Below are positions 8,537 through 16,241 of a stretch of DNA of 24,000 bases, piece by piece. The notes under the pieces are model-generated. The model did not search any database and had not been told where the DNA came from. It saw nothing but the letters and a program-made list of their open reading frames with translations. The DNA is from Sphaerimonospora mesophila NBRC 14179 = JCM 3151 (GTDB lineage Bacteria > Actinomycetota > Actinomycetes > Streptosporangiales > Streptosporangiaceae): contig BCRI01000004.1 of NCBI GenBank assembly GCA_001552515.1, forward strand, positions 70,884-94,883, read 5' to 3'. Both the position numbers and the translations under genes were made by a program. Positions within the stretch are counted from its first letter, which is position 1. Each line of letters opens with the position of its first letter.

Positions 8537-8572
8537 CCTCGTGGTACGGCCGAGCGGAGCCGTACCACGAGG
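8537..8572. terminator. bidirectional hairpin between the convergent methyltransferase and thrS genes
   Basis: Perfect 14-bp stem CCTCGTGGTACGGC / GCCGTACCACGAGG with an 8-nt loop, lying between the stop codons at 8524 and 8582. Confidence 0.7.
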
Positions 8573-8581
8573 ACCCGAGGG

Positions 8582-10558
8582 TCAGACCTGGATGCGGCGC
8601 TCGACGGCGTCGACGATCTCGGCGACGGCCTGGTCGATCGGGACGCCGTTCTTCTGCTCGCCGTTGCGGTAGCGGAAGGACACCGCGCCCGCCGCGATGT
8701 CGTCGTCGCCGGCCAGCAGCATGAACGGCACCTTGGCCTTCTGCGCGTTGCGGATCTTCTTCTGCATCCGGTCGTCCGAGGCGTCCACCTCCACCCGGAT
8801 GCCCCGCTCGCGCAGCCGCTTGGCCACGTCCTGCAGGTACGGCACGTGCGCGTCGGAGATCGGAATGCCGACGACCTGCACCGGCGCCAGCCACGGGGGG
8901 AAGGCGCCGGCGTAGTGCTCGACCAGGACGCCGAAGAAGCGCTCGATCGACCCGAACAGCGCGCGGTGGATCTTGACGGGCCGCTTCCTGGTGCCGTCCG
9001 CCGCCTGGTATTCCAGCTCGAACAGCTCGGGCAGGTTGAAGTCGAGCTGGATGGTGGACATCTGCCAGGTCCTGCCGATGGCGTCACGCGCCTGCACGGA
9101 GATCTTCGGACCGTAGAAGGCCGCGCCGCCCGGGTCGAGCACCAGGTCCAGCTTCTCGGACTCGGCGACCTCGCGCAGGGTCTCGGTCGCCTGCTCCCAC
9201 ACCTCGTCGGAGCCGACGTACTTCTCCGGGTCCTTGGTGGACAGCTCCAGGTAGAAGTCGTCGAGGCCGTAGTCGCGGAGCAGGTCGAGCACGAACCGCA
9301 GCAGCGACTTGAGCTCGTCGCGCATCTGCTCCTGGGTGCAGTAGATGTGCGCGTCGTCCTGGGTGAGGCCGCGCACCCGGGTCAGGCCGTGCACCACACC
9401 GGACTTCTCGTACCGGTAGACCGTGCCGAACTCGAACAGCCGCAGCGGCAGCTCACGGTAGGACCGCCCGCGCGACCTGTAGATCAGGTTGTGCATCGGG
9501 CAGTTCATCGGCTTCAGGTAGTAGCGCGCGCCCTCCAGCTCCATGGGCGGGAACATGCCGTCGGCGTACCAGTCCAGGTGGCCGGAGATCTTGTAGAGGT
9601 TCTCCTTGGTGATGTGCGGGGTGTTGACGAACGAGTAGCCCGCCTCCTCGTGCCTGCGGCGCGAGTAGTCCTCCATCACCCGGCGGATGATGCCGCCCTT
9701 GGGGTGGAAGACCGGCAGGCCGGAGCCCAGCTCGTCGGGGAAGGAGAACAGGTCGAGCTCGGCGCCGAGCTTGCGGTGGTCGCGCTTCTCTGCCTCCGCC
9801 AGGAAGTTCAGGTACTCGTCCTGCTTCTCGCGCGACTCCCAGGCGGTGCCGTAGATCCGCTGGAGCTGCGGGTTCTTCTCGCTGCCCCGCCAGTAGGCCC
9901 CGCCCGACCGCATGAGCTTGAACGCCGGAATGACCCGGGTGCTCGGCAGGTGCGGCCCGCGGCACAGGTCCTTCCAGCACAGCTCGCCCGACTTCGGGTC
10001 GAGGTTGTCGTAGATGGTGAGCTGCCCGGCGCCCACCTCCACGTCAGCGCCCTCGGCCGACTCGGCCGCGCCGCCCTTCAGCCCGATCAGCTCCAGCTTG
10101 TACGGCTCGGCCGCCAGCTCCTCGCGGGCGTCCTCGTCGCTCACCGGCCGCCGCCGGAAGGTCTGGGCCTGCTTGACGATCTCGCGCATCCGCTTCTCGA
10201 TGCGCTTGAGGTCGTCGGGGGTGAACGGCTCGGCCACGTCGAAGTCGTAGTAGAAGCCGTTCTCCACGGGCGGGCCGATGCCGAGCCTGGCCTCCGGGAA
10301 GATCTCCTGTACGGCCTGGGCCATGACGTGGGCGGTCGAGTGGCGCAGGATCGCCCGGCCGTCGGGGCTGTCGATGGCGATCGGCTCGACGACGTCGCCG
10401 TCGGCGACCTCGGCGGCCAGGTCACGCGGCTCGCCGTTGATCTTCGCGGCGATGACCGACCGGCCGTCGGCGCCGAGCGCCTCCCCGGCCGTCGTGCCCG
10501 CCGCCACCACACGCTCGGCTCCGGCGAGGGTGATGCGTATTTCGAGGGCGGCAGACAC
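8582..10558 (-). CDS. thrS: threonine--tRNA ligase
   Basis: Full-length class II ThrS: TGS domain, editing-domain [11 protein letters not shown], and catalytic core motifs (FRRRPV.., [24 protein letters not shown]). The track start is ATG 10579. GTG 10558 is preceded by GAAGGAG with 5-nt spacing and is preferred. Confidence 0.95.
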   Translation of the reverse strand: MSAALEIRITLAGAERVVAAGTTAGEALGADGRSVIAAKINGEPRDLAAEVADGDVVEPIAIDSPDGRAILRHSTAHVMAQAVQEIFPEARLGIGPPVENGFYYDFDVAEPFTPDDLKRIEKRMREIVKQAQTFRRRPVSDEDAREELAAEPYKLELIGLKGGAAESAEGADVEVGAGQLTIYDNLDPKSGELCWKDLCRGPHLPSTRVIPAFKLMRSGGAYWRGSEKNPQLQRIYGTAWESREKQDEYLNFLAEAEKRDHRKLGAELDLFSFPDELGSGLPVFHPKGGIIRRVMEDYSRRRHEEAGYSFVNTPHITKENLYKISGHLDWYADGMFPPMELEGARYYLKPMNCPMHNLIYRSRGRSYRELPLRLFEFGTVYRYEKSGVVHGLTRVRGLTQDDAHIYCTQEQMRDELKSLLRFVLDLLRDYGLDDFYLELSTKDPEKYVGSDEVWEQATETLREVAESEKLDLVLDPGGAAFYGPKISVQARDAIGRTWQMSTIQLDFNLPELFELEYQAADGTRKRPVKIHRALFGSIERFFGVLVEHYAGAFPPWLAPVQVVGIPISDAHVPYLQDVAKRLRERGIRVEVDASDDRMQKKIRNAQKAKVPFMLLAGDDDIAAGAVSFRYRNGEQKNGVPIDQAVAEIVDAVERRIQV

Positions 10559-10865
10559 GGTGGCTCCTTCGGCTGGCATTCATGCGCGTTCGCGCGAAAA
10601 CGGATTCGCGGACTCATCCCGTCCGGCACCTCGGCCTCCGGGAGATCCAGGGCCGACGGGACTCCAGGCTTCGATGCTACCGGTGCCGCCGCCCCGATTT
10701 CGCGCGCTATTCGACGCGGCGGGAACGGATGCTGCTCGCCGTGATGGTTGTGGTCCGGTGCATGAGGCCTCCGGCCTCCCCGGGCGCGATGGTCTCGGGC
10801 ACGGTCTCACGCCGACCGGAGCACCACCCGCGCCCGCCGCTTCCCACTCGTCATAGGTGGTGGCA

Positions 10866-11843
10866 CTACCAGCGGTGATGCACCTGGGGGCGGATCAGCT
10901 CGTCGTAGATCCGGCGGACGGCGGCGTGCGCCTCGGCCGGCAGAGCCGGCAGATCGGCGGCCGCGACGTTGGCCCGGGCCTGCTGCGGATTGCGCGCACC
11001 CGGGATCACCACGCTCACCCCGGCCTGATCGATGATCCAGCGCAGCGCGAACTGGGCCATCGTCATGCCGGCGGGGACCAGTTCCCTGATCCGGTCGACG
11101 GCCTGCAGGCCCACGCCGTACTCCACCCCGGAGAAGGTCTCGCCGACGTCGAAGGCCTCGCCCTGCCGGTTGAAGTTGCGGTGGTCGGTCTCGGCGAAGA
11201 CCGTCTGCGGGCCGTACCGTCCCGTCAGCAGGCCGCTGGCGAGCGGGACCCGGGCGATGATGCCGACGCCGGCCTTCTCAGCCGCCGGGAGCACCTCGTC
11301 GAGCGGCTTGAGCCGGAACGCGTTGAGGATGATCTGCACGCTGGCCACGCCGGGCCGGGAGATCGCGGTGAGCGCCTCCCCCGCGGTCTCCACGCTGACG
11401 CCGTAGGCCGCGATCGAGCCCTCGGCCACCAGCGTGTCGAGGCCGTCGAACACCTCGTCGTCGTCGAACACCGCGGTGGGCGGGCAGTGGAGCTGGACCA
11501 GGTCGAGCGTGTCCACGCCCAGGTTGGCCCGGGATCGGTCGGTCCAGGCGCGGAAGTCGCCCAGTTTGTACGCCTCGGGCGTCTGGAGCACCCGCCGCCC
11601 CATCTTGGTGGCCACGGTCAGGCCGGAACGCTCCCTGAGCAGTTTTCCGATGATCTTCTCGCTGCGGCCGTCGCCGTAGACGTCGGCCGTGTCGATGAAG
11701 TTCACCCCGGCGTCGACGGCCGCGTTCAGGGTGGCCAGCGCGTCGACCTCGCTGACCTCACCCCAGTCCGCTCCGAGTTGCCAGGCTCCCAGCCCGACGA
11801 CGCCCACCTGCCTGCCCGTCCTGCCCAACACGCGCTGTTCCAT
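10866..11843 (-). CDS. aldo/keto reductase family oxidoreductase
   Basis: 325 aa: MEQRVLGRTGRQVGVVGLGAWQLG...DAGVNFIDTADVYGDGRSE...LDLVQLH...VIPGARN, the canonical AKR motifs. Confidence 0.9.
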   Translation of the reverse strand: MEQRVLGRTGRQVGVVGLGAWQLGADWGEVSEVDALATLNAAVDAGVNFIDTADVYGDGRSEKIIGKLLRERSGLTVATKMGRRVLQTPEAYKLGDFRAWTDRSRANLGVDTLDLVQLHCPPTAVFDDDEVFDGLDTLVAEGSIAAYGVSVETAGEALTAISRPGVASVQIILNAFRLKPLDEVLPAAEKAGVGIIARVPLASGLLTGRYGPQTVFAETDHRNFNRQGEAFDVGETFSGVEYGVGLQAVDRIRELVPAGMTMAQFALRWIIDQAGVSVVIPGARNPQQARANVAAADLPALPAEAHAAVRRIYDELIRPQVHHRW

Positions 11844-11870
11844 GACGGATGATCCTAATGCGGACCGTCA

Positions 11871-12521
11871 TCAGGACAGATGGCGGTCGAACCAGCCGCG
11901 GGCGAGGTCGGCGACCGACTCGAGCGTCCCCGGCTCCTCGAACAGATGGGAGGCGCCCGGGACGATCTCCAGCCGGGTCTCGGCGGTGAGCCTGCCCATC
12001 GCCTCCATGTTGAGCTCGATGACGATCGGGTCGCGTTCGCCGACGATCAGCAGCGTCGGCTGCCTGACCGAGGCCAGGTACTCCCCGGCCAGATCGGGCC
12101 GTCCGCCCCGTGAGACGACGGCGCGCACCGCGTCGGGACGGGCCGCCGCTGCCACCAGGGCGGCGGCCGCGCCCGTGCTCGCGCCGAACAGGCCGATGCC
12201 GAGCCCGCCGACCGGCACGTCCAGCGGCACCCGGTCGGTCAGCGCCGCCACCCGCCGGGCGAGCAGGCCGATGTCGAACCGCAGGTGACCGGTGTGGGCG
12301 TCGGCACGCTCCTCCTCGGCCGTGAGCAGGTCGGCCAGCACGGTGGCCAGCCCGGCGCGCTGCAGCTCACGGGCCACGTACCGGTTGCGCGGGCTGTGCC
12401 GCCCGCTGCCGCTCCCGTGCGCGAACAGCACCACTCCGTGCGCCGGCCGCGGCACCACGACATCGGCGTCGAGCACGACCTCTCCGGCCGGGATCCGGAC
12501 GCTCACCTCGACAGCGTTCAT
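11871..12521 (-). CDS. dienelactone-hydrolase-like alpha/beta hydrolase
   Basis: 216 aa: VVLFAHGSGSGRHSPRN, nucleophile elbow GASTG, and C-terminal GASHLFEEPG. It lies 27 bp upstream of the AKR gene on the same strand. Confidence 0.8.
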   Translation of the reverse strand: MNAVEVSVRIPAGEVVLDADVVVPRPAHGVVLFAHGSGSGRHSPRNRYVARELQRAGLATVLADLLTAEEERADAHTGHLRFDIGLLARRVAALTDRVPLDVPVGGLGIGLFGASTGAAAALVAAAARPDAVRAVVSRGGRPDLAGEYLASVRQPTLLIVGERDPIVIELNMEAMGRLTAETRLEIVPGASHLFEEPGTLESVADLARGWFDRHLS

Positions 12522-12853
12522 GCTTTCCTTCCCCCCCTTGCCGTCACACGGTCGCCGGGCAGGTCTCCGGCGGTTCTCCGCCCTCCCAGCGGGCCGTACG
12601 CTCCAGCGGCTCGACCGCCCGGGTCTCGGCGATGTGGATCACCGCGCCGAACCGGCCGGCCAGGCGGGTCTGGACGCCTTACCCCGACCGGACCGCGGCA
12701 AACGCTCTCGGCGGCGGGCGGGAACGGGCGGCCGTCAGCATGCCGGAACCACAGGAAGCCTTGGCGGCCATTTGGATCAACCGGACAAATACGGACGATA
12801 AGGACCGTCAAGGATGGGCAGAGATCCCAAAGAGTCAACCGGCAGGGTGAACC

Positions 12854-14524
12854 ATGCACTGGCCAGAGGAGCTGACGGAGACCCCGGATCTGCACGGGGC
12901 CTATCCGCGGCTGAGCCGGGCCCGGATCGAGCGCCTCGCGGCGCGCGGCGAGCGGCGGCCGCTGAGCCGTGACGACGTGCTCTTCACCGAGGGCGAGCTG
13001 TCCGACGACTTCTTCGTCGTGCTCGACGGCAAGGTGGCGATGGTCGAGGAGTACGGCACGGCAGACCGTGTCGTCGGACTCCACGGCCCGGGGCGGTTCC
13101 TCGGCGAGATGAACGTGCTGAGCGGCCTGGCCGGGCGCCGGACGGCGGTGTGCGCCGAGCCCGGCGAGGTGCTCGCCGTGCCGGTGGACGAGCTGCGCCG
13201 GATGATCGGCCGGGACGCCGAGATGGGAGATCTGATCCTCCGGGCGTTCGTCATCCGCCGGTCTATGATCAGCGGACTGGGCACGGGCCTGCGCATCGTC
13301 GGTTCCCGGTTCTCCGCCGACACGCGTCGCCTGCGCGAGTTCGCCGTACGCAACCGTCTGCCGCACAAGTGGATCGACCTGGAGGAGGACTGGGAGACGG
13401 AGTGCTTCCTGCGGGCGATGGGCGTCGCGCCGGAGGAGACGCCCGTGGTGATCCTGCGGTGCGAGACCGTGCTGCGCAACCCGAGCAACGCCGAGCTGGC
13501 CGGGGCCGTCAACCTGCCGGCCCCGCGCACCTGGGAGACGGTGTGCGACCTGCTCGTCGTCGGAGCCGGCCCGGCGGGGCTGGCCGCCGCGGTGTACGGC
13601 GCGGCCGACGGCCTGTCGACGATCGTGGTCGACGGGGGCGCCATCGGCGGTCAGGCCCGCACCTCGCCCCGGATCGAGAGCCACCTGGGGTTCCCGTACG
13701 GAATCTCCGGGGACGAGCTGGTGGACCGGGCGATGACCCAGGCGACCGGGCTCGGCGCCTGCTTCCGCGTCCCGGCGGAGGCCGCCGCGCTCGACGGAAG
13801 CTGTGGTGACCACGTCGTCACCACGCGGGACGGCACGGTGATCCACTCTCGCGCGCTGATCGTCGCCACCGGAATCCGGTACCGCAGACTCCAACTGCCC
13901 GATATGGAGAGGTTCGAGCGGACGAGCGTCTACTACGCGGCGACCATGTTCGAGGCGCGGGAGTGCCGGCGGGATCCGATCGTGGTCGTGGGCGGGGGCG
14001 ACACCGCCGGGCAGGCGGCCCTGTTCCTGGCCGCGCACGCGGCGTGGGTCCGCCTGCTGGCCAGGGAGGGCGACCTGCGGGTGAACATGTCCCGCTATCT
14101 GGCCGTCGAGGTCGAGCGCGACCCGCGGATCCAGGTCATGCTGAACACCGAGGTCAGGGAGCTGACCGGCGGGAAGACGTTGGAGGCCGTGGTGGCCGAG
14201 GACAACGTCACCGGAGAGCGCCGCAGCATCGAGGCCCGCGCGCTGTTCGTCCTGATCGGGGCCGAGCCGCACACCCCCTGGCTGTCGGGCGAGATCTCCC
14301 TCGACCGTCGCGGATATGTCCTCACCGGCGCGCGCGCCGTCCGCTTCCAGGCGACGGCCGAGAGTCGTTCACCCGGCCGGCCGTTCCCGCTGGAGACCAG
14401 CAGGCCCGGCGTGTTCGCGGCGGGTGACGTGCGCAGCGGCTCCACCAAACGGGTCGTCTCAGCGGCCGGAGAGGGCGCGATGGCCGCGCGCCTGGTGCAC
14501 GAGCATCTCCGGTCGGCCTTCTGA
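12854..14524 (+). CDS. cyclic-nucleotide-binding domain fused to a thioredoxin-reductase-like FAD/NAD(P) oxidoreductase
   Basis: N-terminal cNMP-binding fold (LFTEGELSDDFFVVLDGKV...GPGRFLGEMNVLSG..RTAVCAA-like). C-terminal half has LLVVGAGPAGLAAAVY, GGQ, VVVGGGDTAGQAALFL and GVFAAGDVR. The position of the TrxR redox CATC reads AATM (13937-13948). Confidence 0.88.
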   Translation: MHWPEELTETPDLHGAYPRLSRARIERLAARGERRPLSRDDVLFTEGELSDDFFVVLDGKVAMVEEYGTADRVVGLHGPGRFLGEMNVLSGLAGRRTAVCAEPGEVLAVPVDELRRMIGRDAEMGDLILRAFVIRRSMISGLGTGLRIVGSRFSADTRRLREFAVRNRLPHKWIDLEEDWETECFLRAMGVAPEETPVVILRCETVLRNPSNAELAGAVNLPAPRTWETVCDLLVVGAGPAGLAAAVYGAADGLSTIVVDGGAIGGQARTSPRIESHLGFPYGISGDELVDRAMTQATGLGACFRVPAEAAALDGSCGDHVVTTRDGTVIHSRALIVATGIRYRRLQLPDMERFERTSVYYAATMFEARECRRDPIVVVGGGDTAGQAALFLAAHAAWVRLLAREGDLRVNMSRYLAVEVERDPRIQVMLNTEVRELTGGKTLEAVVAEDNVTGERRSIEARALFVLIGAEPHTPWLSGEISLDRRGYVLTGARAVRFQATAESRSPGRPFPLETSRPGVFAAGDVRSGSTKRVVSAAGEGAMAARLVHEHLRSAF

Positions 14525-14530
14525 ACGGCG

Positions 14531-14561
14531 AGGGAGGGGCGAGCCAAGCTCGCCCCTCCCT
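14531..14561. terminator. bidirectional hairpin between convergent genes
   Basis: Perfect 14-bp stem AGGGAGGGGCGAGC / GCTCGCCCCTCCCT around CAA, lying between the stops at 14524 (+) and 14584 (-). Confidence 0.7.
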
Positions 14562-14583
14562 ACCGGCCGGTGGTGCGGCCCGC

Positions 14584-15132
14584 TCAGTCCTCGTCGTCCG
14601 ACGACCACTGGCCGGAGCCGGTCTCACGCATCTGCTGGCCCGGCATCTGCTGGACGAGGTCCTGACCGGACAGCTTCCGCACCATCGGAGAATTGGCCTG
14701 CGGGTGCAGGAAGATGTCCTGCGGCTCCTGGCCCGCGTTCTGGACGATCGGCCCCTGGGGCCCCTGGCCGTCGGCGCCCTGGCCGATCTGCCCGGTCTGG
14801 ACCTCGGGACCGGCCTGGGCCGCCTGCGCGACGGGAGCCGTCTGCGGGGCGACCTGCCCGTTGGGGCCGGTCTGGCCGGTGGGGCCCTGCGCGGCCTGAG
14901 CGGCCGACTCCTGGGTGCCGGCCGCCACGAGGGGGCCGATCTTCTCGTTCTTGTCCCTCAGAAGCTGCTCCATGGCCTTGCTGGCGATGAGATCGGGCTG
15001 GTCCGCGTTCTGCATCGCGAAGGATGCGATCTTCTTGCCCGGGGAGGCGTCGGCGGCGGAGTGCTGGTCCGCTGGTGTGCCGACCGGTCCGGAAAGCAGG
15101 GCGGCCGCGATTATTGCAGTGCAGATAGGCAT
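14584..15132 (-). CDS. hypothetical exported low-complexity protein A (Q/G/P/A-rich, acidic C-terminus)
   Basis: 182 aa: MPICTAIIAAALLSGPVG..., then a short structured-looking segment (PDLIASKAMEQLLRDKNEKIGPL), then GQTGPNGQVAPQTAPVAQAAQAGPEVQTGQIGQGADGQGPQGP, ending SSDDED. A GGGGGA SD lies upstream. The start is fixed by in-frame TAA/TGA stops just upstream and by conservation with paralogue B. Confidence 0.65.
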   Translation of the reverse strand: MPICTAIIAAALLSGPVGTPADQHSAADASPGKKIASFAMQNADQPDLIASKAMEQLLRDKNEKIGPLVAAGTQESAAQAAQGPTGQTGPNGQVAPQTAPVAQAAQAGPEVQTGQIGQGADGQGPQGPIVQNAGQEPQDIFLHPQANSPMVRKLSGQDLVQQMPGQQMRETGSGQWSSDDED

Positions 15133-15224
15133 GAGAATTCCCCCGAAATGGTGGACGGTACATGCAAGACGTTAAGCGCCTCAAGTCGGACGATCACGGA
15201 CCCGATGCCCAGTGTCCGGTCAAA
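15133..15224 (-). promoter_or_regulatory. conserved promoter/5'-leader module, copy A
   Basis: A 92-nt stretch from TTTGACC (15224-15218, minus strand) to the ATG aligns with copy B with only a 2-nt indel. Conserved blocks: TTTGACC, TGATC, CGCTTA, CGTCTTGC, GTACC, TCCAC, CGGGGGA. Confidence 0.5.
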
Positions 15225-15276
15225 GAAGGGAATCCACCATTTCACCCGCGACAGCCGCCGAATGAACCTCGTACGG

Positions 15277-15309
15277 AGAGGGGTGGACCGTGACACGGCC
15301 CACCCCTCT
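15277..15309. terminator. GC-rich hairpin between the 9-bp repeat array and leader A (possible terminator of the fasciclin gene)
   Basis: 10-bp perfect stem AGAGGGGTGG / CCACCCCTCT with an inner CCG/CGG extension. No clear U-tract. Confidence 0.4.
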
Positions 15310-15348
15310 GCGTATTTCCCGACGTCCGCTGAATTCTCTTTTCGCAAA

Positions 15349-15455
15349 GGCCACTTCGGCGGCTCAGGCCGCTTCGGCTGCCTCGGTCAATCGGTCACTT
15401 CGGCCACTTCTGCTATTTCGGCCATTTCGGCCATTTCGACTATTTCGGCATCAGC
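15349..15455. repeat. about 12 tandem units of a 9-bp repeat (plus-strand consensus GGCCAYTTC; minus-strand GAARTGGCC)
   Basis: Read directly: ggccacttc ggcggctca ggccgcttc ggctgcctc ggtcaatc ggtcacttc ggccacttc tgctatttc ggccatttc ggccatttc gactatttc ggcatcagc. The last units overlap the stop and final codons of the fasciclin gene. Confidence 0.8.
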
Positions 15456-16108
15456 ACGCTGTCGATCATGTAGACGGTGGCGTTGCGGGTGACCACGTCA
15501 CCGCAGACCACGTTCGCATCGTTGATTTTGAAGCTCTGCCCGGAACCGCTGGTGGTCAGCTCGCCGCCCTGCACGGTCTTCAGCTTGCCGCGACGAAGGT
15601 CGGCCGGCGTCTTACGCCCCTTGACCACGTGATAGGCCATGAGGGCGCTGAGCGCCTGCTTGTTCCCCATGAGGCGGTCGAGCTTCTTCTTCGGGACCTT
15701 GGTGAAGGCTTCGTTCGTGGGCGCGAACAGCGTGAAGTCCTTGCCCTTGTTGAGCGTACGGGCCAGACCCGCGGTCCGCACCACTCCGGAAAGCGTCGAA
15801 AGCGACGGAATGCCGGAGATGGCCTTGCCGACCGGTTCACCCGTCACGGATGCCGGAACATCCGAGCAGGCGGCGCCGAACGGCGAGGCGGACGCGGACG
15901 GGGACGCCGAAGCGGATGGCGAGGCGGTGGCCGACTCCGTCTCCGAGGCGCTCGCCTCGACCTCCGGCGTCGCCGTGTCCGTCACCGTCTCATTCACCGC
16001 GGCCGGGGCCGCGGCGTCGCTCCCGCCTCCGCTGCCATCGCTGCCGCAGGCCGCGGTGAGCGACAGCACCGTGGCCAGAGCGGAAAAGGCGAGAAGTCGC
16101 GTCTTCAT
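15440..16108 (-). CDS. fasciclin (FAS1) domain lipoprotein, MPT70/MPT83-like
   Basis: 222 aa. Signal peptide with lipobox (MKTRLLAFSALATVLSLTAAC), a Ser/Ala/Pro/Glu-rich linker, then the FAS1 domain (FTLFAPTNEAF...L.YHVV...NATVYMIDSVLMP). An AGGGAG SD lies upstream. Confidence 0.9.
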   Translation of the reverse strand: MKTRLLAFSALATVLSLTAACGSDGSGGGSDAAAPAAVNETVTDTATPEVEASASETESATASPSASASPSASASPFGAACSDVPASVTGEPVGKAISGIPSLSTLSGVVRTAGLARTLNKGKDFTLFAPTNEAFTKVPKKKLDRLMGNKQALSALMAYHVVKGRKTPADLRRGKLKTVQGGELTTSGSGQSFKINDANVVCGDVVTRNATVYMIDSVLMPK

Positions 16109-16241
16109 CGAATCTCCCTGTGGTGGAGGTGGCGCCCGCCGGCCCGCGGGTGACAGGCGTAAGGGTGCGGAGAGGAACCGGAGATGCCTGCCGCCCGCGG
16201 GCCGTGGAACTCACGCGTCGATCAGCTGATCGGCAGGTGGA

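Noticed and set aside
8846-10744. 632-aa plus-strand ORF
   Set aside because: It is antisense to thrS. Its R/G/A/P/L-rich composition (for example [21 protein letters not shown]) has no family motifs. It is the typical shadow ORF of a high-GC gene.
10559-10865. A ~300-nt region upstream of thrS as a possible T-box or other leader RNA
   Set aside because: I could not find the conserved T-box sequence (..GGTGGTACCGCG..) or a specifier/antiterminator arrangement on the minus strand. Only small GC hairpins are present, for example GCGAA..TTCGC. A covariance-model scan would be needed.
11842-11875. 7-bp inverted repeat ATGACGG..CCGTCAT spanning the AKR start and the hydrolase stop
   Set aside because: The stem is short and the loop is 16 nt. 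It most likely arises by chance from the start and stop codon contexts, and there is no evidence of function.
12522-12853. Possible gene remnant in the 330-bp divergent intergenic region (33-codon GTG ORF VIHIAETRAVEPLERTARWEGGEPPETCPATV)
   Set aside because: It is too short, I recognise no motif, and it is bounded by an upstream in-frame TAA. I cannot distinguish it from chance in high-GC DNA.
12518-14272. 584-aa minus-strand ORF
   Set aside because: It is antisense to the well-supported cNMP/TrxR-like gene and runs through an intergenic region. Its composition is Arg/Pro/Gly-biased with no motifs.
15121-15132. MPIC read as a lipobox, which would make A and B lipoproteins
   Set aside because: The Cys is at residue 4 with no preceding signal peptide, so lipoprotein signal peptidase recognition is implausible. 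I treat the segment as an unusual signal or anchor sequence instead.
15133-15224. Apparent compensatory change in a leader stem (CGGAC..GUCCG in copy A versus CCGAC..GUCGG in copy B)
   Set aside because: The 3' arms of the two stems do not occupy aligned positions in the pairwise alignment, so this is not true covariation. Two sequences are also too few.
15111-15347. 78-aa ORF across leader A, and the N-terminal extension of protein B to 17339, which share FD(R/P)TL..VLxVPST(I/T)SGE at the protein level
   Set aside because: - The amino-acid similarity only reflects nucleotide conservation of the leader.
- Differences between the copies are not concentrated at third codon positions.
- Codon usage is poor for a high-GC genome (ttt, aca, ttg, gta, cat).
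- A 2-nt indel puts the two copies in different frames relative to the conserved ATG.
- In copy A, stops (TGA, TAA) lie in the CDS frame.
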